A stretch of DNA of 64,000 nt from IMG/VR virus record IMGVR_UViG_3300037108_000012, positions 8,888 through 72,887 of that record, one strand, 5' to 3'. This document shows, piece after piece, positions 19,701 to 28,556 of this stretch. Every line of letters begins with the position of its first letter. The stretch's first letter is position 1. Under the pieces are notes generated by a model. The model made no database searches and was not told where the DNA came from. It saw only the letters and a list, made by a program, of their open reading frames with translations. This DNA is from a virus. A program made the translations under genes and the position numbers.

Positions 19701-20744
19701 AAGACATGGGCATCGCAAATGCCAGCGGATGACCATGAATCTCTGACAGGAAAACACGATTCTATCTTTGAGCCGGAAGTTATTGGAGAAATAGAAGAAA
19801 ATATATATGAAATTAAAGGAGACGTTAAGAAAAGGATAAACCCTGTACTTGAATATGCTGTGATCGGTCATGACATTGACGAAATATTCTATCCAGACCC
19901 TTCAATGATAGATAAACATCAACAAGTTATAAATGTAGAATGGAAATCTCACAGAGGTCAGAAGTACGAATGGGAAATGATACCACTTCTACCATTAGAC
20001 GAGGAGGTGGAACGTAATACTATGGACCGTATTCTTATTTATGAGGAGCCAATAAAAGGACAGTATTACTCATGTGGAATTGATACCGCTGATGGTTTAG
20101 GAAAAGAGGATGAGGATAGGACTATCTTATCTGTGGCGAATAACAGGTTTCACGGAGAAGCAGATAAGCAGGTCTGTGAGTTTACTTCTAATAAAGTGAA
20201 CGCAGCCCAAGTTGTAGCTTTTGCGGCTTGTTTAGGTGCGCTATATGGACCGTGCTGCCCTGATAGTAGGGGTATGAAGTATGTTATTGAGCAGATCGGA
20301 AGGCCGGGAGAAACTTGCCAGCATCAGTTAAAGATGATGGGTTTTATGAACCATCACAAGCCAAGGAGATATGATTCAAAGAAAATCAAGCAAGATATGG
20401 GAAGTCACGAAGGATGGTGGTCTAGTTCGTGGAGTGTTCCTATTCTCATGACACGATTTGTAGAAGCCGTAAACGGTGGATGGTATATTCCGTCGTCTAG
20501 GTGGTTGATAGAGGAACTGAAGACATTAGAGCGTCACGCTACGAGTGGTAAATCGAAGATGGAGCATAGGTCTGGACAACATGACGACAGAGTTAGGGCG
20601 GCTGCACAGTCATATTTTACTGCTCATGATATGGATATTTTGACTGAACGCGCTAAGAAGAGGTATGATGTTCCTATTAAGAAGAAGTCGGACCCAAACA
20701 AGGGTAGGTGCATGAGCAACGCGTTTTCAGTGGGAGAATGGTGA
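16710..20744 (+). CDS. terL: terminase large subunit containing two inteins
   Basis: LKGRQLGITT Walker A, VHLSE Walker B, EGTG coupling motif, GIDTADG and HDDRV nuclease motifs. Confidence 0.93.
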   Translation: MYSEKIIEANLDLFESKEGWRPVRHTLDQVNEFKSYVDSVVKIGSNSKGSWIESVAPMTEKRRKEISHWVENEQVLCGLDSLYWELNYAYVCCPAEAPIWMSDFSFKPIGEIIPGDEIIGFERKPLKNTPNATLNSRGRQRTTKLEHIVRTKVTSVHKCIRPIIKVTMESGDVIRCTPDHLWSSGEHDRSLYPWIKARIGKTLRKIVDVYPNDPPDPWTAAWLGGMYDGEGSRGMISQYKSHNPEVHAKLVESMKMFDFKQKFKSGKSHIVQEYVGWNDYCVRINGELTGKAKFLCWCKPVRAWSMEKLIFKSMRAFGDKVVNIEPDGEGEVFALTTETGNYIVYGYASRNCDEKGQIYKFAPRMSQRIYNSVIADFDEKQVSIELLILKGRQLGITTQTALKFLHRMLFLPHTQAIMASVKAEASQLISRIIDTAYERCPFWLVPYRTPKKGFSNGSILSVQSGMQATGLAQGWTPSCLTPDSLIRVADGFVKPISSITEDDTVITHTGKLVKVKAAFKTKREPDVARSIKLWGHHSSLKCTPEHLIKTPDGWVEAAEISVGDYVVHPLRKITDEIKSFETYLYRRGKIREDKKIRFNVNLTSGLGYLCGFYLAEGTCHGTTTVNKKYLSEVVFSIHANEMEDRERCLRKYFGEKQNINSKKKNKGNGASITVSCAWFARWIAENFGRTDKKTIPDWVWNAGREFCLGLVNGYLEGDGSTCEDRNIVIAPSICQQLILQMRDMVASLGIGWSSVYFNPKEKSKHDKSVRKDVWRLALTGPTAYHYRSMFGYFTQPLKNGEARHWRYGADGESVEIMVESALNDYADEYWDIEVEDEDHSFTTDQCAVHNCVHLSEIADIPDPIKTIEEGLFRAAHSSKNLFMALEGTGGGSTGWLADTWRAAKEDWPKGQSRLFPMFIPWPMCPEIYPQEDWIRKFPLENSWRPSEVTRRHITRCESYIRNTPYLARVAGYDYRMPIEQQWFWEFNYNQACKNHTQKTWASQMPADDHESLTGKHDSIFEPEVIGEIEENIYEIKGDVKKRINPVLEYAVIGHDIDEIFYPDPSMIDKHQQVINVEWKSHRGQKYEWEMIPLLPLDEEVERNTMDRILIYEEPIKGQYYSCGIDTADGLGKEDEDRTILSVANNRFHGEADKQVCEFTSNKVNAAQVVAFAACLGALYGPCCPDSRGMKYVIEQIGRPGETCQHQLKMMGFMNHHKPRRYDSKKIKQDMGSHEGWWSSSWSVPILMTRFVEAVNGGWYIPSSRWLIEELKTLERHATSGKSKMEHRSGQHDDRVRAAAQSYFTAHDMDILTERAKKRYDVPIKKKSDPNKGRCMSNAFSVGEW
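16983..17762 (+). mobile_element. intein 1 (260 aa) with LAGLIDADG motif
   Basis: N-terminus CCPAEAPIWMSD, block B CTPDH, WLGGMYDGEG, C-terminus SRN followed by extein Cys. Confidence 0.88.
18144..19259 (+). mobile_element. intein 2 (372 aa) with DOD homing endonuclease
   Basis: CLTPDSLI, CTPEH, GFYLAEG, GYLEGDG, C-terminus VHN followed by extein Cys next to Walker B. Confidence 0.93.
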
Positions 20745-21297
20745 TGGATACAGCCACAGAGATAGAACAATGGCTCCGCAAAGAAGCGCATGAGAAGACG
20801 AAGTACGCTGAATCTCGCAAGAGTTATACACAAGCGCCTTCTTCCGACGCAGATCGTAAATCGGCTCATCAACTGGCACAGCAAATGATGGGACGGAAGT
20901 TCCCGATGCAGAGCAGGGTAGAGGAAGAAAAAAGCAATCGTATTCAGATACGGATCGCAGCAAAGCTAGAGCAAGAGGCGGCAATGCTTTTGCGGTTTGC
21001 AGATTTTGTAGCGGGGAGGAACAATGGGAATCATCCAGTGGTGGAACGACAGGAAGCGTAGTGACGAGCCTGTAGAGATAGCGGCTAAACCATCTGAGAT
21101 AGTGCAGGAACAGACTACACAGAGCGATTACGACCGTGTATCCAAGTACGGAGCAGACGGAGGACACATCGTAGATTTGACCAATAAGCCAAGGAAAGAA
21201 AACGATGGTTTTGCTCCAGACCACGAACTATTGACTTCGTACAATCGAGCGCATCAAGGAACGCGAGACGGAATCAACTCGCTGATGAGGAGATAAT

Positions 21298-21528
21298 ATG
21301 ATCGAAAATAAGATTGAACATGGAATACCAATCCCTCCAATAAAAATAACACCTCTTGAGGAGAGATTCCCTCAATTTCTATCTCTTGAGATTAACGACT
21401 CATTTGTGATCCTAGATAAAGAGTTTCCAATGCACTTCGTAATTGGAGAATGGGGTCGTAATAACAATCGTAGACATGAAGTCAGGAAACTAGATAACGG
21501 AGATTATAGAGTGTGGAGAGTGAAATGA
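21298..21528 (+). CDS. small phage protein, putative DNA-binding
   Basis: IEHGIPIP...LEINDSF...YRVWR pattern common in phages. Confidence 0.6.
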   Translation: MIENKIEHGIPIPPIKITPLEERFPQFLSLEINDSFVILDKEFPMHFVIGEWGRNNNRRHEVRKLDNGDYRVWRVK

Positions 21529-22202
21529 AGTATTTTAAACTCACTAAGCGTCTTAATGAACACGAGAACTGTTTCATCCTCTGGACACAGTGGACAACGT
21601 TAGTGTGGGACCGTGGTTCTATTCAATGCAGAGGAACGGACGAGTTTGAACTGGTAATCAAATATAAGGCTTGGGGTCCATTATTCTATTGGGGTAATAG
21701 AGATATTGAAAAACTAGGAGAGCGGTCAAAGTTTGATAAACTCCAGTGGACTAGGATTCAACCTCGTTATGCGGAGCTTCGTAAGCGTAAGATAGACGAA
21801 CGGGACTTCTACGAACATCGTGAGCAACAGGTAAGGCAGGGGAGAAAGAAAAATCCTGCGGATATGACTTATCCAGAGCGTCATGCGGCGACACTTGAGT
21901 CCATTAAGAAAATGAAGTTTAGTGATAACTTTATGCACTTGATGACCACGCCGTATGGTAAACTTGCACTGGAACGTGGAGAAAAGTGCAGAGACGATGT
22001 AACAGGAGAACTTCTAACAGAAGAAATGTTCCAGCGCGACAAGGAAAAGTACAAGCGTATAGCTCCGCCGAACATAGGTATTCTAGGATTTAAGAGGGCG
22101 GAGAGCGGTGAAGGGTACGATGCAATAAAGGTCAAGGGATTTGAAAAAGTGCAGATTGAGAGTAGCGTAGGACAGAAACTACAGTTGGAGGATGGACGAT
22201 GA
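21513..22202 (+). CDS. hypothetical protein
   Basis: 229-aa ORF; start uncertain. Confidence 0.5.
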   Translation: MESEMKYFKLTKRLNEHENCFILWTQWTTLVWDRGSIQCRGTDEFELVIKYKAWGPLFYWGNRDIEKLGERSKFDKLQWTRIQPRYAELRKRKIDERDFYEHREQQVRQGRKKNPADMTYPERHAATLESIKKMKFSDNFMHLMTTPYGKLALERGEKCRDDVTGELLTEEMFQRDKEKYKRIAPPNIGILGFKRAESGEGYDAIKVKGFEKVQIESSVGQKLQLEDGR

Positions 22203-22503
22203 GATGGCTAAGAACTAATCTAAGAGAAAACGTCTTTTATGTAGACACCAGAGACGATGCGCCTGAAGAAGGGAATGAGGGTGACTTTATGTCATTTCTC
22301 ACCGCAATTCGAGATGATGGGCAGATGTTTGTATCCTTTGCTCCTACAGGGTGTGAGGATGCAAAGCCGAAGAATCTGAGAAAGTTTCTAGATTCCATGC
22401 TAAACGACCCTGCAAAAAGTGAAGTAGTGAGGGCTGATAGAAAATCAAGGGAACGTATGGCTGGTAGCAATAAGGGGCAACCCGGATGGATAGAGGAGGC
22501 ATC

Positions 22504-22941
22504 ATGAACCGCAGATCATTTTTCAAGTTCTTAGGTATTGGAGCGGCCACGGCAGTGGTTGCGCCAAAGTTGTTGAACAATATGGTGCCGGAATACTATC
22601 CAGAATCCAATAGTCCAATCGCACTGGAAAAAATTCAAAAGGTTTATAATGAGCAAAAATTTACTTCTGGTGGTAGTTACAAGTATGTTCGCGTAGCCCC
22701 GACAACTGTTCCTTTTCGTACAGGCGATCTAGTACGCTACAAGATCGAAAAGAGAGGCGGTACAATCGCGTATAGAGTACCAAAATCACCTAAATGGACA
22801 AAAGAAGAATATTATGGAATAGCGATAAACAATGCTTTACCGGGAAACTACACATTTATTCAAGTAAACTCTGATGCAATAACACCTTACAAGAACTGCA
22901 CGCCTCATGCGTTCGCATGGATGAAAGGAACAAATGCCTAG
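22504..22941 (+). CDS. Tat-signal protein with capsid-decoration-like C-terminus
   Basis: MNRRSFFKFLGIGAATAVVAP; YKYVRV and PGNYTFIQ resemble the 31601 protein. Confidence 0.65.
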   Translation: MNRRSFFKFLGIGAATAVVAPKLLNNMVPEYYPESNSPIALEKIQKVYNEQKFTSGGSYKYVRVAPTTVPFRTGDLVRYKIEKRGGTIAYRVPKSPKWTKEEYYGIAINNALPGNYTFIQVNSDAITPYKNCTPHAFAWMKGTNA

Positions 22942-23740
22942 AGCACAAGGAATCATAGAACTACGGGCGTTGAAACTCAAGGCGGAACTGGAAGATCTAA
23001 AGCAAGAGCGCAAGGAACAGGCGCGTGCTTTGAAGGCGTCTAAGGTTTGGGTGAGTGTCAAGAAACGTGTACCCGCGCAGGATTCTCAAAAAGTAATTGT
23101 TTGGCATGAAGGTAGGATGGAGTGTTGCTGGTTTCAGAACGGGAAGTGGTTTGTATACAACGGAACGTATTTCCTAGAGAACAAGGACGTAATCGAAGAT
23201 GTGAGTCACTGGTGCGGTATAGATTGGATGACTTCAAGAGATTATCCTATGCGCGGACCAGGATTCAAAAACGCTATCCTCTATATATGGATGAGGATTT
23301 CCAATCGAGCGTCGGATATGGCGTATGATCTGAGGCCGAAGTCTTGGAGTCGAGGGGCGGCGCAACTGGGTAGGAAACCTGTTTTTTATCGTGACTCTTC
23401 TGGAAAAGTAATGAGCGGGATGCCTGAGAATTGTCCTGCGCCGAGAGGATACGAGAAAATCGTTTGCAATAATGTTCACGAGGCTGAGAGGTACTCGGAA
23501 CTTCAGAGGCGTCAGGAGAGGGTCGATCATAATCGTCAACAGGCCGAGCGTGGTGCGATTGAAAATGAGTTTGCAAGCGAGATCAGATCAGAGATGAGGA
23601 CGAAATACGCAAACGCTAGGAACAATACAAATCGGGAGTTCATGAGACGCGCATTGGAACGTAACGCAAACAGGACAGACCCAACAGCTTTTGAGCGGGA
23701 ATCGTACCTTCACGCCGAGGCTTTTGAACAAGTCCGGTAG
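22934..23740 (+). CDS. hypothetical protein with DUF551-like N-terminal part
   Basis: WVSVKKRVP...VSHW pattern. Confidence 0.55.
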   Translation: MPRAQGIIELRALKLKAELEDLKQERKEQARALKASKVWVSVKKRVPAQDSQKVIVWHEGRMECCWFQNGKWFVYNGTYFLENKDVIEDVSHWCGIDWMTSRDYPMRGPGFKNAILYIWMRISNRASDMAYDLRPKSWSRGAAQLGRKPVFYRDSSGKVMSGMPENCPAPRGYEKIVCNNVHEAERYSELQRRQERVDHNRQQAERGAIENEFASEIRSEMRTKYANARNNTNREFMRRALERNANRTDPTAFERESYLHAEAFEQVR

Positions 23741-24108
23741 ACGGGAGAGAAAATGCAACCAATAGATTTGGGACCGATGCAAGAACTGAAACCGTGGGAA
23801 CCTCCAACATTTGAGGAGTACGCTTCTACGTACTCAGGGGCAACTTTAGATGACTATAATAAAGCGTGGCCTCAGACTGAAGGATGGAAAGAGGAAGTTG
23901 ACGATCTGGCGAAGTTTCTGTTTGAAAACAAGAATGAGATTCTGAGATTGAGTCCAGAAGACGCAAACAAATGGGTATACGAGAACTACCACGGGATATA
24001 CAAAAGAAAACAGTAGACAGTAGACAAAATTTAGTATATCATGCGTTTAGTCATGTTTCGGCTTGGGAACCGGAACTCAACAGTGTACCGGGAGGATTGT
24101 GAGATTAT

Positions 24109-26202
24109 GTGGCGAACGATGTAGAGACAGTTTCGTGGCAATGCCCGCCATGGGAAGCTCCCGCGAGCGTAAAAATAGCATGGGTAGAAGAATGTATTTC
24201 GGAGGGTGAGGGTTATTTATCTGGCTCCTCAGCCTATAGGAATCTGAATAGAAATCTGCGTGTGTTTGATGGAGTTTTTAACGATAAAACAAAAAGTACG
24301 CTAGTCACAAATCAGTTAAAATACAACATTCGGAAATTCTGCGAAACCCTTGCGGAAGTACGTGAAATTGCGGGGTTTAGCTCAGACGTACCTGCCTATA
24401 AAGCAATGGCAGAGATGCTTACAAAGGTAAGCAAATGTGTTTATTTAGAGTCAGATTTTCCCTACCAAATCCTAAAAGTTTTGCAGTACGCAACAGTTTG
24501 CGGCATTGGATATTTATGGCCTAAAGTTCGTCCGACAGAGTACGGATTTGGACCAAGAGAAATGACATTTGATGCGCTAGGGCTATTAGATGTAGTTCCA
24601 GTCCAGATACCTGGGTCAAACGATATTCAAGATTGTTATGCTTGCACGGTTTATGATTATATGCCCATTGCAGAGGCGAGTGCGAAATTTCCTCTATTCC
24701 AAGGCCAACTTCAAACAGTTGGAAGAAATAATTACAAAACTTTAATTCAGGCACAGCGGCAGGATTTTGCTGCTACGTTTCGTTATGGAATGGTTGGGGA
24801 TGTACAGAGCCGGAGTTTTGGAAACCTGTACACAGAGATAAGATACACATTTATTAGAGACATACGGATCAACACTACGGGAAAAGAGATGCAGATGGGT
24901 GATCCGGGAACGTCCTGGTTCTATAAAGTCCCGTCTATGGGACAGCCTATTTTTGGAGGGATGAGGGATGGAAAACCATACAGTCGTCCAGCGATGCCTG
25001 AAGATTGTAGAATCTACCCTAACCTACGGCTCATCATTACGTCTTCAGGACTGGACAGGCCGATGTATGACGGTACTTCCTTCGATTGGGACTCCAAAAT
25101 ACCAGTCATTCAGTATACAGTGGATGATTGGGCATGGGAACCGCTAGGACGGTCATTAGTAGGGGATGTAGCGTCAATTGAGAACACGATTAGGAAGCAT
25201 GAAAGGCTGATGGATCAGGTTCTTACGGCAGGGATGAATCCTCCAATGGGGTACGATTTGGATACAAACGGAGGATCGGAGATTGAGCATTTTGATATAT
25301 TTGAGCCTGATGTAAGACTAGGATTAGCGGGTGGAGAGCCGACAAAGACATTCCAATCGCTACTCCCAGATTCAGTGAGAGTGACTGGAATTAACGAAAC
25401 GTACCTTAAATACTTAGGAGATAAAGAGTTAGCGCAGCTTGGGTTGAATGATGTTGGGAACCTTGCCAACTTAAAAATCAACATGAACGGGGATTCTGCG
25501 GACAAACAATTAGAGGCAATCGGTCCTATCGCCAAGGGGATTGCGATGAGGATTGAAAAAGCCAATAAGCGCATAGGAGAGAGGATGAAGAGCCTCATTC
25601 CTCAATGGATGGATGCTGCGCGTCTTATCGAATATGTAGGACCAGACCATATTGCTAAGGAAATGTTTGATTATAATCCAGACGATATGGTTCCTAGTCA
25701 CTTGCCAGACGAATTGTTTAGTGGACAATTCCCTACTACTCCATCCATGTACGACCGTCTGACCAGAGCGAAGTTCTTTGTAAAGAAGCTCCGACTTGTT
25801 TCTGTTCCTAGCACACTTCTTAAAATCACACAGGCGCAAGAGCAATTGAAGTTTCTTCAACTGAAACGCACTCCCGGATGCCCGATCAGTTGGCTAACTG
25901 TCTTTAAAAAGTTAGACATAGCCAACCCTGAGCAGGAAATTGAGAAGAGTTTCAAAGAGCAAGCCCAACTTAAAAAGATGGAAATTATGAGCCAGATTGA
26001 GGTAATGAAAGCCCTTAAAGCGGCAGGAATCGATCCTTCTATTTTGATGGGTGGAGGACAAGAGGGTGGTCATGGAGGTAGTGGAGGAAAGAGCGGTGGA
26101 CAGCATGGTGGTGGTCGTCCTCCATCGGGACAACGCCAACCTCGCATATCCCAAAAAGGAGCAGCGGGTGGAGTTCCACGTCAGGTCGTAAAAGAGAGCT
26201 AA
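24109..26202 (+). CDS. portal protein
   Basis: 697 aa between TerL and scaffold; G.GY.W and W...GRSLV patterns; Gly/Gln-rich tail. Confidence 0.8.
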   Translation: MANDVETVSWQCPPWEAPASVKIAWVEECISEGEGYLSGSSAYRNLNRNLRVFDGVFNDKTKSTLVTNQLKYNIRKFCETLAEVREIAGFSSDVPAYKAMAEMLTKVSKCVYLESDFPYQILKVLQYATVCGIGYLWPKVRPTEYGFGPREMTFDALGLLDVVPVQIPGSNDIQDCYACTVYDYMPIAEASAKFPLFQGQLQTVGRNNYKTLIQAQRQDFAATFRYGMVGDVQSRSFGNLYTEIRYTFIRDIRINTTGKEMQMGDPGTSWFYKVPSMGQPIFGGMRDGKPYSRPAMPEDCRIYPNLRLIITSSGLDRPMYDGTSFDWDSKIPVIQYTVDDWAWEPLGRSLVGDVASIENTIRKHERLMDQVLTAGMNPPMGYDLDTNGGSEIEHFDIFEPDVRLGLAGGEPTKTFQSLLPDSVRVTGINETYLKYLGDKELAQLGLNDVGNLANLKINMNGDSADKQLEAIGPIAKGIAMRIEKANKRIGERMKSLIPQWMDAARLIEYVGPDHIAKEMFDYNPDDMVPSHLPDELFSGQFPTTPSMYDRLTRAKFFVKKLRLVSVPSTLLKITQAQEQLKFLQLKRTPGCPISWLTVFKKLDIANPEQEIEKSFKEQAQLKKMEIMSQIEVMKALKAAGIDPSILMGGGQEGGHGGSGGKSGGQHGGGRPPSGQRQPRISQKGAAGGVPRQVVKES

Positions 26203-26233
26203 GTAGTACAAACCAAACACATTAGGAGAGAAA

Positions 26234-26467
26234 ATGGCAATCAAAGTTAAGATACAAAAAGATTACCTTCTTACCGAGTTTTCCGTAGAAGGTAGCGTTT
26301 CAGAGATAGATGATGTTTTAAAGTCGATCAAAGCCAATGGTAAGTCAGTAACCTTGTACAATAACGGATCAATCCAAGGCATAAACGTAGAGCAAAGGAC
26401 AAAGCTGACAACAGATCAATCCACTGAAATACGTAAAATGATAGGAGTGGGAGACAAGGAACTGTAG
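26234..26467 (+). CDS. hypothetical protein
   Basis: 77-aa ORF with AGGAG RBS. Confidence 0.6.
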   Translation: MAIKVKIQKDYLLTEFSVEGSVSEIDDVLKSIKANGKSVTLYNNGSIQGINVEQRTKLTTDQSTEIRKMIGVGDKEL

Positions 26468-26468
26468 G

Positions 26469-27136
26469 CTATCCGAAGTCGAACACTTCTTGAGAAAGAC
26501 GTTTAGCGGCGAGTTCGGCATAATCTTCGCGGATTTCGATACCGATTGCTTTTCGTCCTAGTTTCTTGGCTGCTACCAGTGTCGTACCACTTCCACAAAA
26601 CGGATCAATGATTGTTTGCCCCTCTCCGCTTGCAACTGATACTAGCCGTAGCATAACGGAGAGGGGTTTTACTGTCGGGTGTCCCATCCATCCGTTTTGC
26701 TCTGCTGGACAAATAATATATCTGCTACGTGATTCGTATCCTCCAAAGAGGCAGGATGAATCCTCGAAGGAATGGACGATATACTCTGTGTCTGGAAGGT
26801 AGTTCGCATTGACCAAAGGCGTAGGATTCGGTTTATTCCAAGTCAAGAGCATCCATCTTCTTTGAGAGGCAAGGGAAAGCATTTCTTGAAGTTGCTGTTT
26901 AGCGCAGAAGACCATCCAATTCTTGAATGGCATTAGAATACTTGTATCGAACCCGTCGTCAAGCTCACCATCTATAGAGGCAAGGTACTCTCGTTTAGCT
27001 CCTATGCCCCCCCGGAGGCGACCAGTTTGTACGGTGGGTCTGTCAGAAGCAGGTCGCACTTGGGTAGTGTTGGAATGACTTCTTTGCAATTTCCGAGGTA
27101 AATTTCGATTCCAGCATGAGAATAATACGGTTTCAT
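26469..27136 (-). pseudogene. N4/N6 DNA methyltransferase, frameshifted at a G7 tract (27007-27013)
   Basis: MKPYYSHAGIEIYLGNC...TDPPY in one frame; HPTVKP, DPFCGSGTT and GIEI in another; one extra G restores a 222-aa ORF. Confidence 0.85.
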
Positions 27137-27166
27137 TTTCTCTCCAATTCGATTATAATCCTGCGC

Positions 27167-27785
27167 CTACAGGCCGTCAAATAGAGACGGCTGGTTTGGT
27201 ATCGGAGGTTTTGGTTTCAGTATGGACTTTACTGGAAGTATATCGCCAATTCCGTCAGATTTTGCCATATTTGCAGCCATAGAGATCACCCGAACATTTC
27301 CTGACAAATACCCTACAGATGGAATTATCCTGTCGATACTAGCCCAGCAACGACGTTCTCCTTTTCCGTCGTAAATCAATTTTATTCCCAATATAGGGCA
27401 AAACTCAGGTAGTGGTAATATATCTTCCTTCGTAAATCCGAATGGAATATCCTCATTTTTAGAGCGTAGTTTGCATCTCGAAACAGCAGTTGTCGCCCAA
27501 TACTTCACCCTAGACGATTTCTTTGAAGAAATTCTTCTTTCAGGGTGACGCTTCCTAAAACTCCTAGAATTTATCCTATTTCTTACATCTGGTACAAATC
27601 TTATGGTGGAGTTCAGCATCGTTATCTTCAAGTATTTCTCTTATTGAAGGCAAAGATTCCCGATTGTCATCATCAATAAAATCTTCGTCTAATTCAAAAC
27701 CATCAGAATCAAACGAAAAATTAACAATGGACCATTCTGGAAGAATAGGATTTTCGGCGTATAATGGAACAGATAGGGGTGTCAT
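27167..27785 (-). pseudogene. HNH-like endonuclease, split by a frameshift near 27580
   Basis: MTPLSVPLY...KICTRC then CPILG, SIDRI, GY..GNV.VIS..AN..K. Confidence 0.7.
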
Positions 27786-27849
27786 GGTCGTCCTCCTTTG
27801 ACGGCTTAGGCTTTGCCGGGGCAGCAACCCCGACACCTCTATTATACCA
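27759..27849. promoter_or_regulatory. 91-bp structured leader with convergent -10 boxes (copy 1)
   Basis: GTATAAT...ATTATACCA; the leader pairs with the start-codon region; paralogous to 55488-55578. Confidence 0.6.
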
Positions 27850-27917
27850 AACTTTAGAGAAAAAGTGACGAAGTAAAATTATTTTGAAGAAAAGTTCACT
27901 AAACACGTAAAAAAGAC

Positions 27918-27946
27918 TTGACAAACGTCTCGATATGCTCTACTTT
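27918..27946 (+). promoter_or_regulatory. sigma70-like promoter of the head operon
   Basis: TTGACA-17-TACTTT. Confidence 0.6.
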
Positions 27947-28016
27947 TTATAAAGACGCAAGAAGTTAAGGCGTCGAGACATTAGCACGCGGCCCCCTCCT
28001 TATAAAGGGAACAACT

Positions 28017-28050
28017 GGCGACTAGGCGAATTTGGCCTAGCCGCCTTTTT
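28017..28050 (+). terminator. intrinsic terminator/attenuator in the head-operon leader
   Basis: ggcgactaggc...gcctagccgcc followed by TTTTT. Confidence 0.65.
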
Positions 28051-28092
28051 CGTTTGTTCCAAACAATCCAACCAGTTTCAAAGGAGAACATC

Positions 28093-28197
28093 ATGGCAAA
28101 GCGTCACGTAGGTGGAAAGAAAGCACACGTTAAGAAGGCTGCACACAAGGGCCGTGGCCGCAAGCGCACCAGCAAGAAGCTCGCAATCAAGGCGTAG
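28093..28197 (+). CDS. 34-aa Lys/His-rich basic mini-protein (not in ORF track)
   Basis: MAKRHVGGKKAHVKKAAHKGRGRKRTSKKLAIKA; AAGGAG RBS. Confidence 0.75.
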   Translation: MAKRHVGGKKAHVKKAAHKGRGRKRTSKKLAIKA

Positions 28198-28221
28198 TCT
28201 AACCATCTAACGGAGAGATTC

Positions 28222-28524
28222 ATGGCTACGAATTCTATGCCAGTTACGGATCAACAGGGCGGCGCTCCTCCTCAAGGAGCGGGTGCTGCCCCTCCTCCCC
28301 CACCTCCTGATGGTGGGGGTCAGCAAGGCCCACCGTCTCAGGGTCCAGCAAATCAAATCCAAATGCTTTTAGGTAAATGGAGCCAAGTAGCGCAAGAGAT
28401 CGCGCAAGCCTATCCACAGATCGCTGCCGAATTGAACAAAATCGTGCAGGCGATAGGTGAGGCGCAGACGAAGATGGTAGCACCGCCACAGCCAACGCCT
28501 ACAAGCCAACAGCCACCATATTAA
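28222..28524 (+). CDS. Pro/Gln-rich head-module protein
   Basis: 100-aa ORF with GGAG RBS. Confidence 0.7.
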   Translation: MATNSMPVTDQQGGAPPQGAGAAPPPPPPDGGGQQGPPSQGPANQIQMLLGKWSQVAQEIAQAYPQIAAELNKIVQAIGEAQTKMVAPPQPTPTSQQPPY

Positions 28525-28556
28525 GGCAACAAGGAAATCCGGGAGAATAGTGAACC

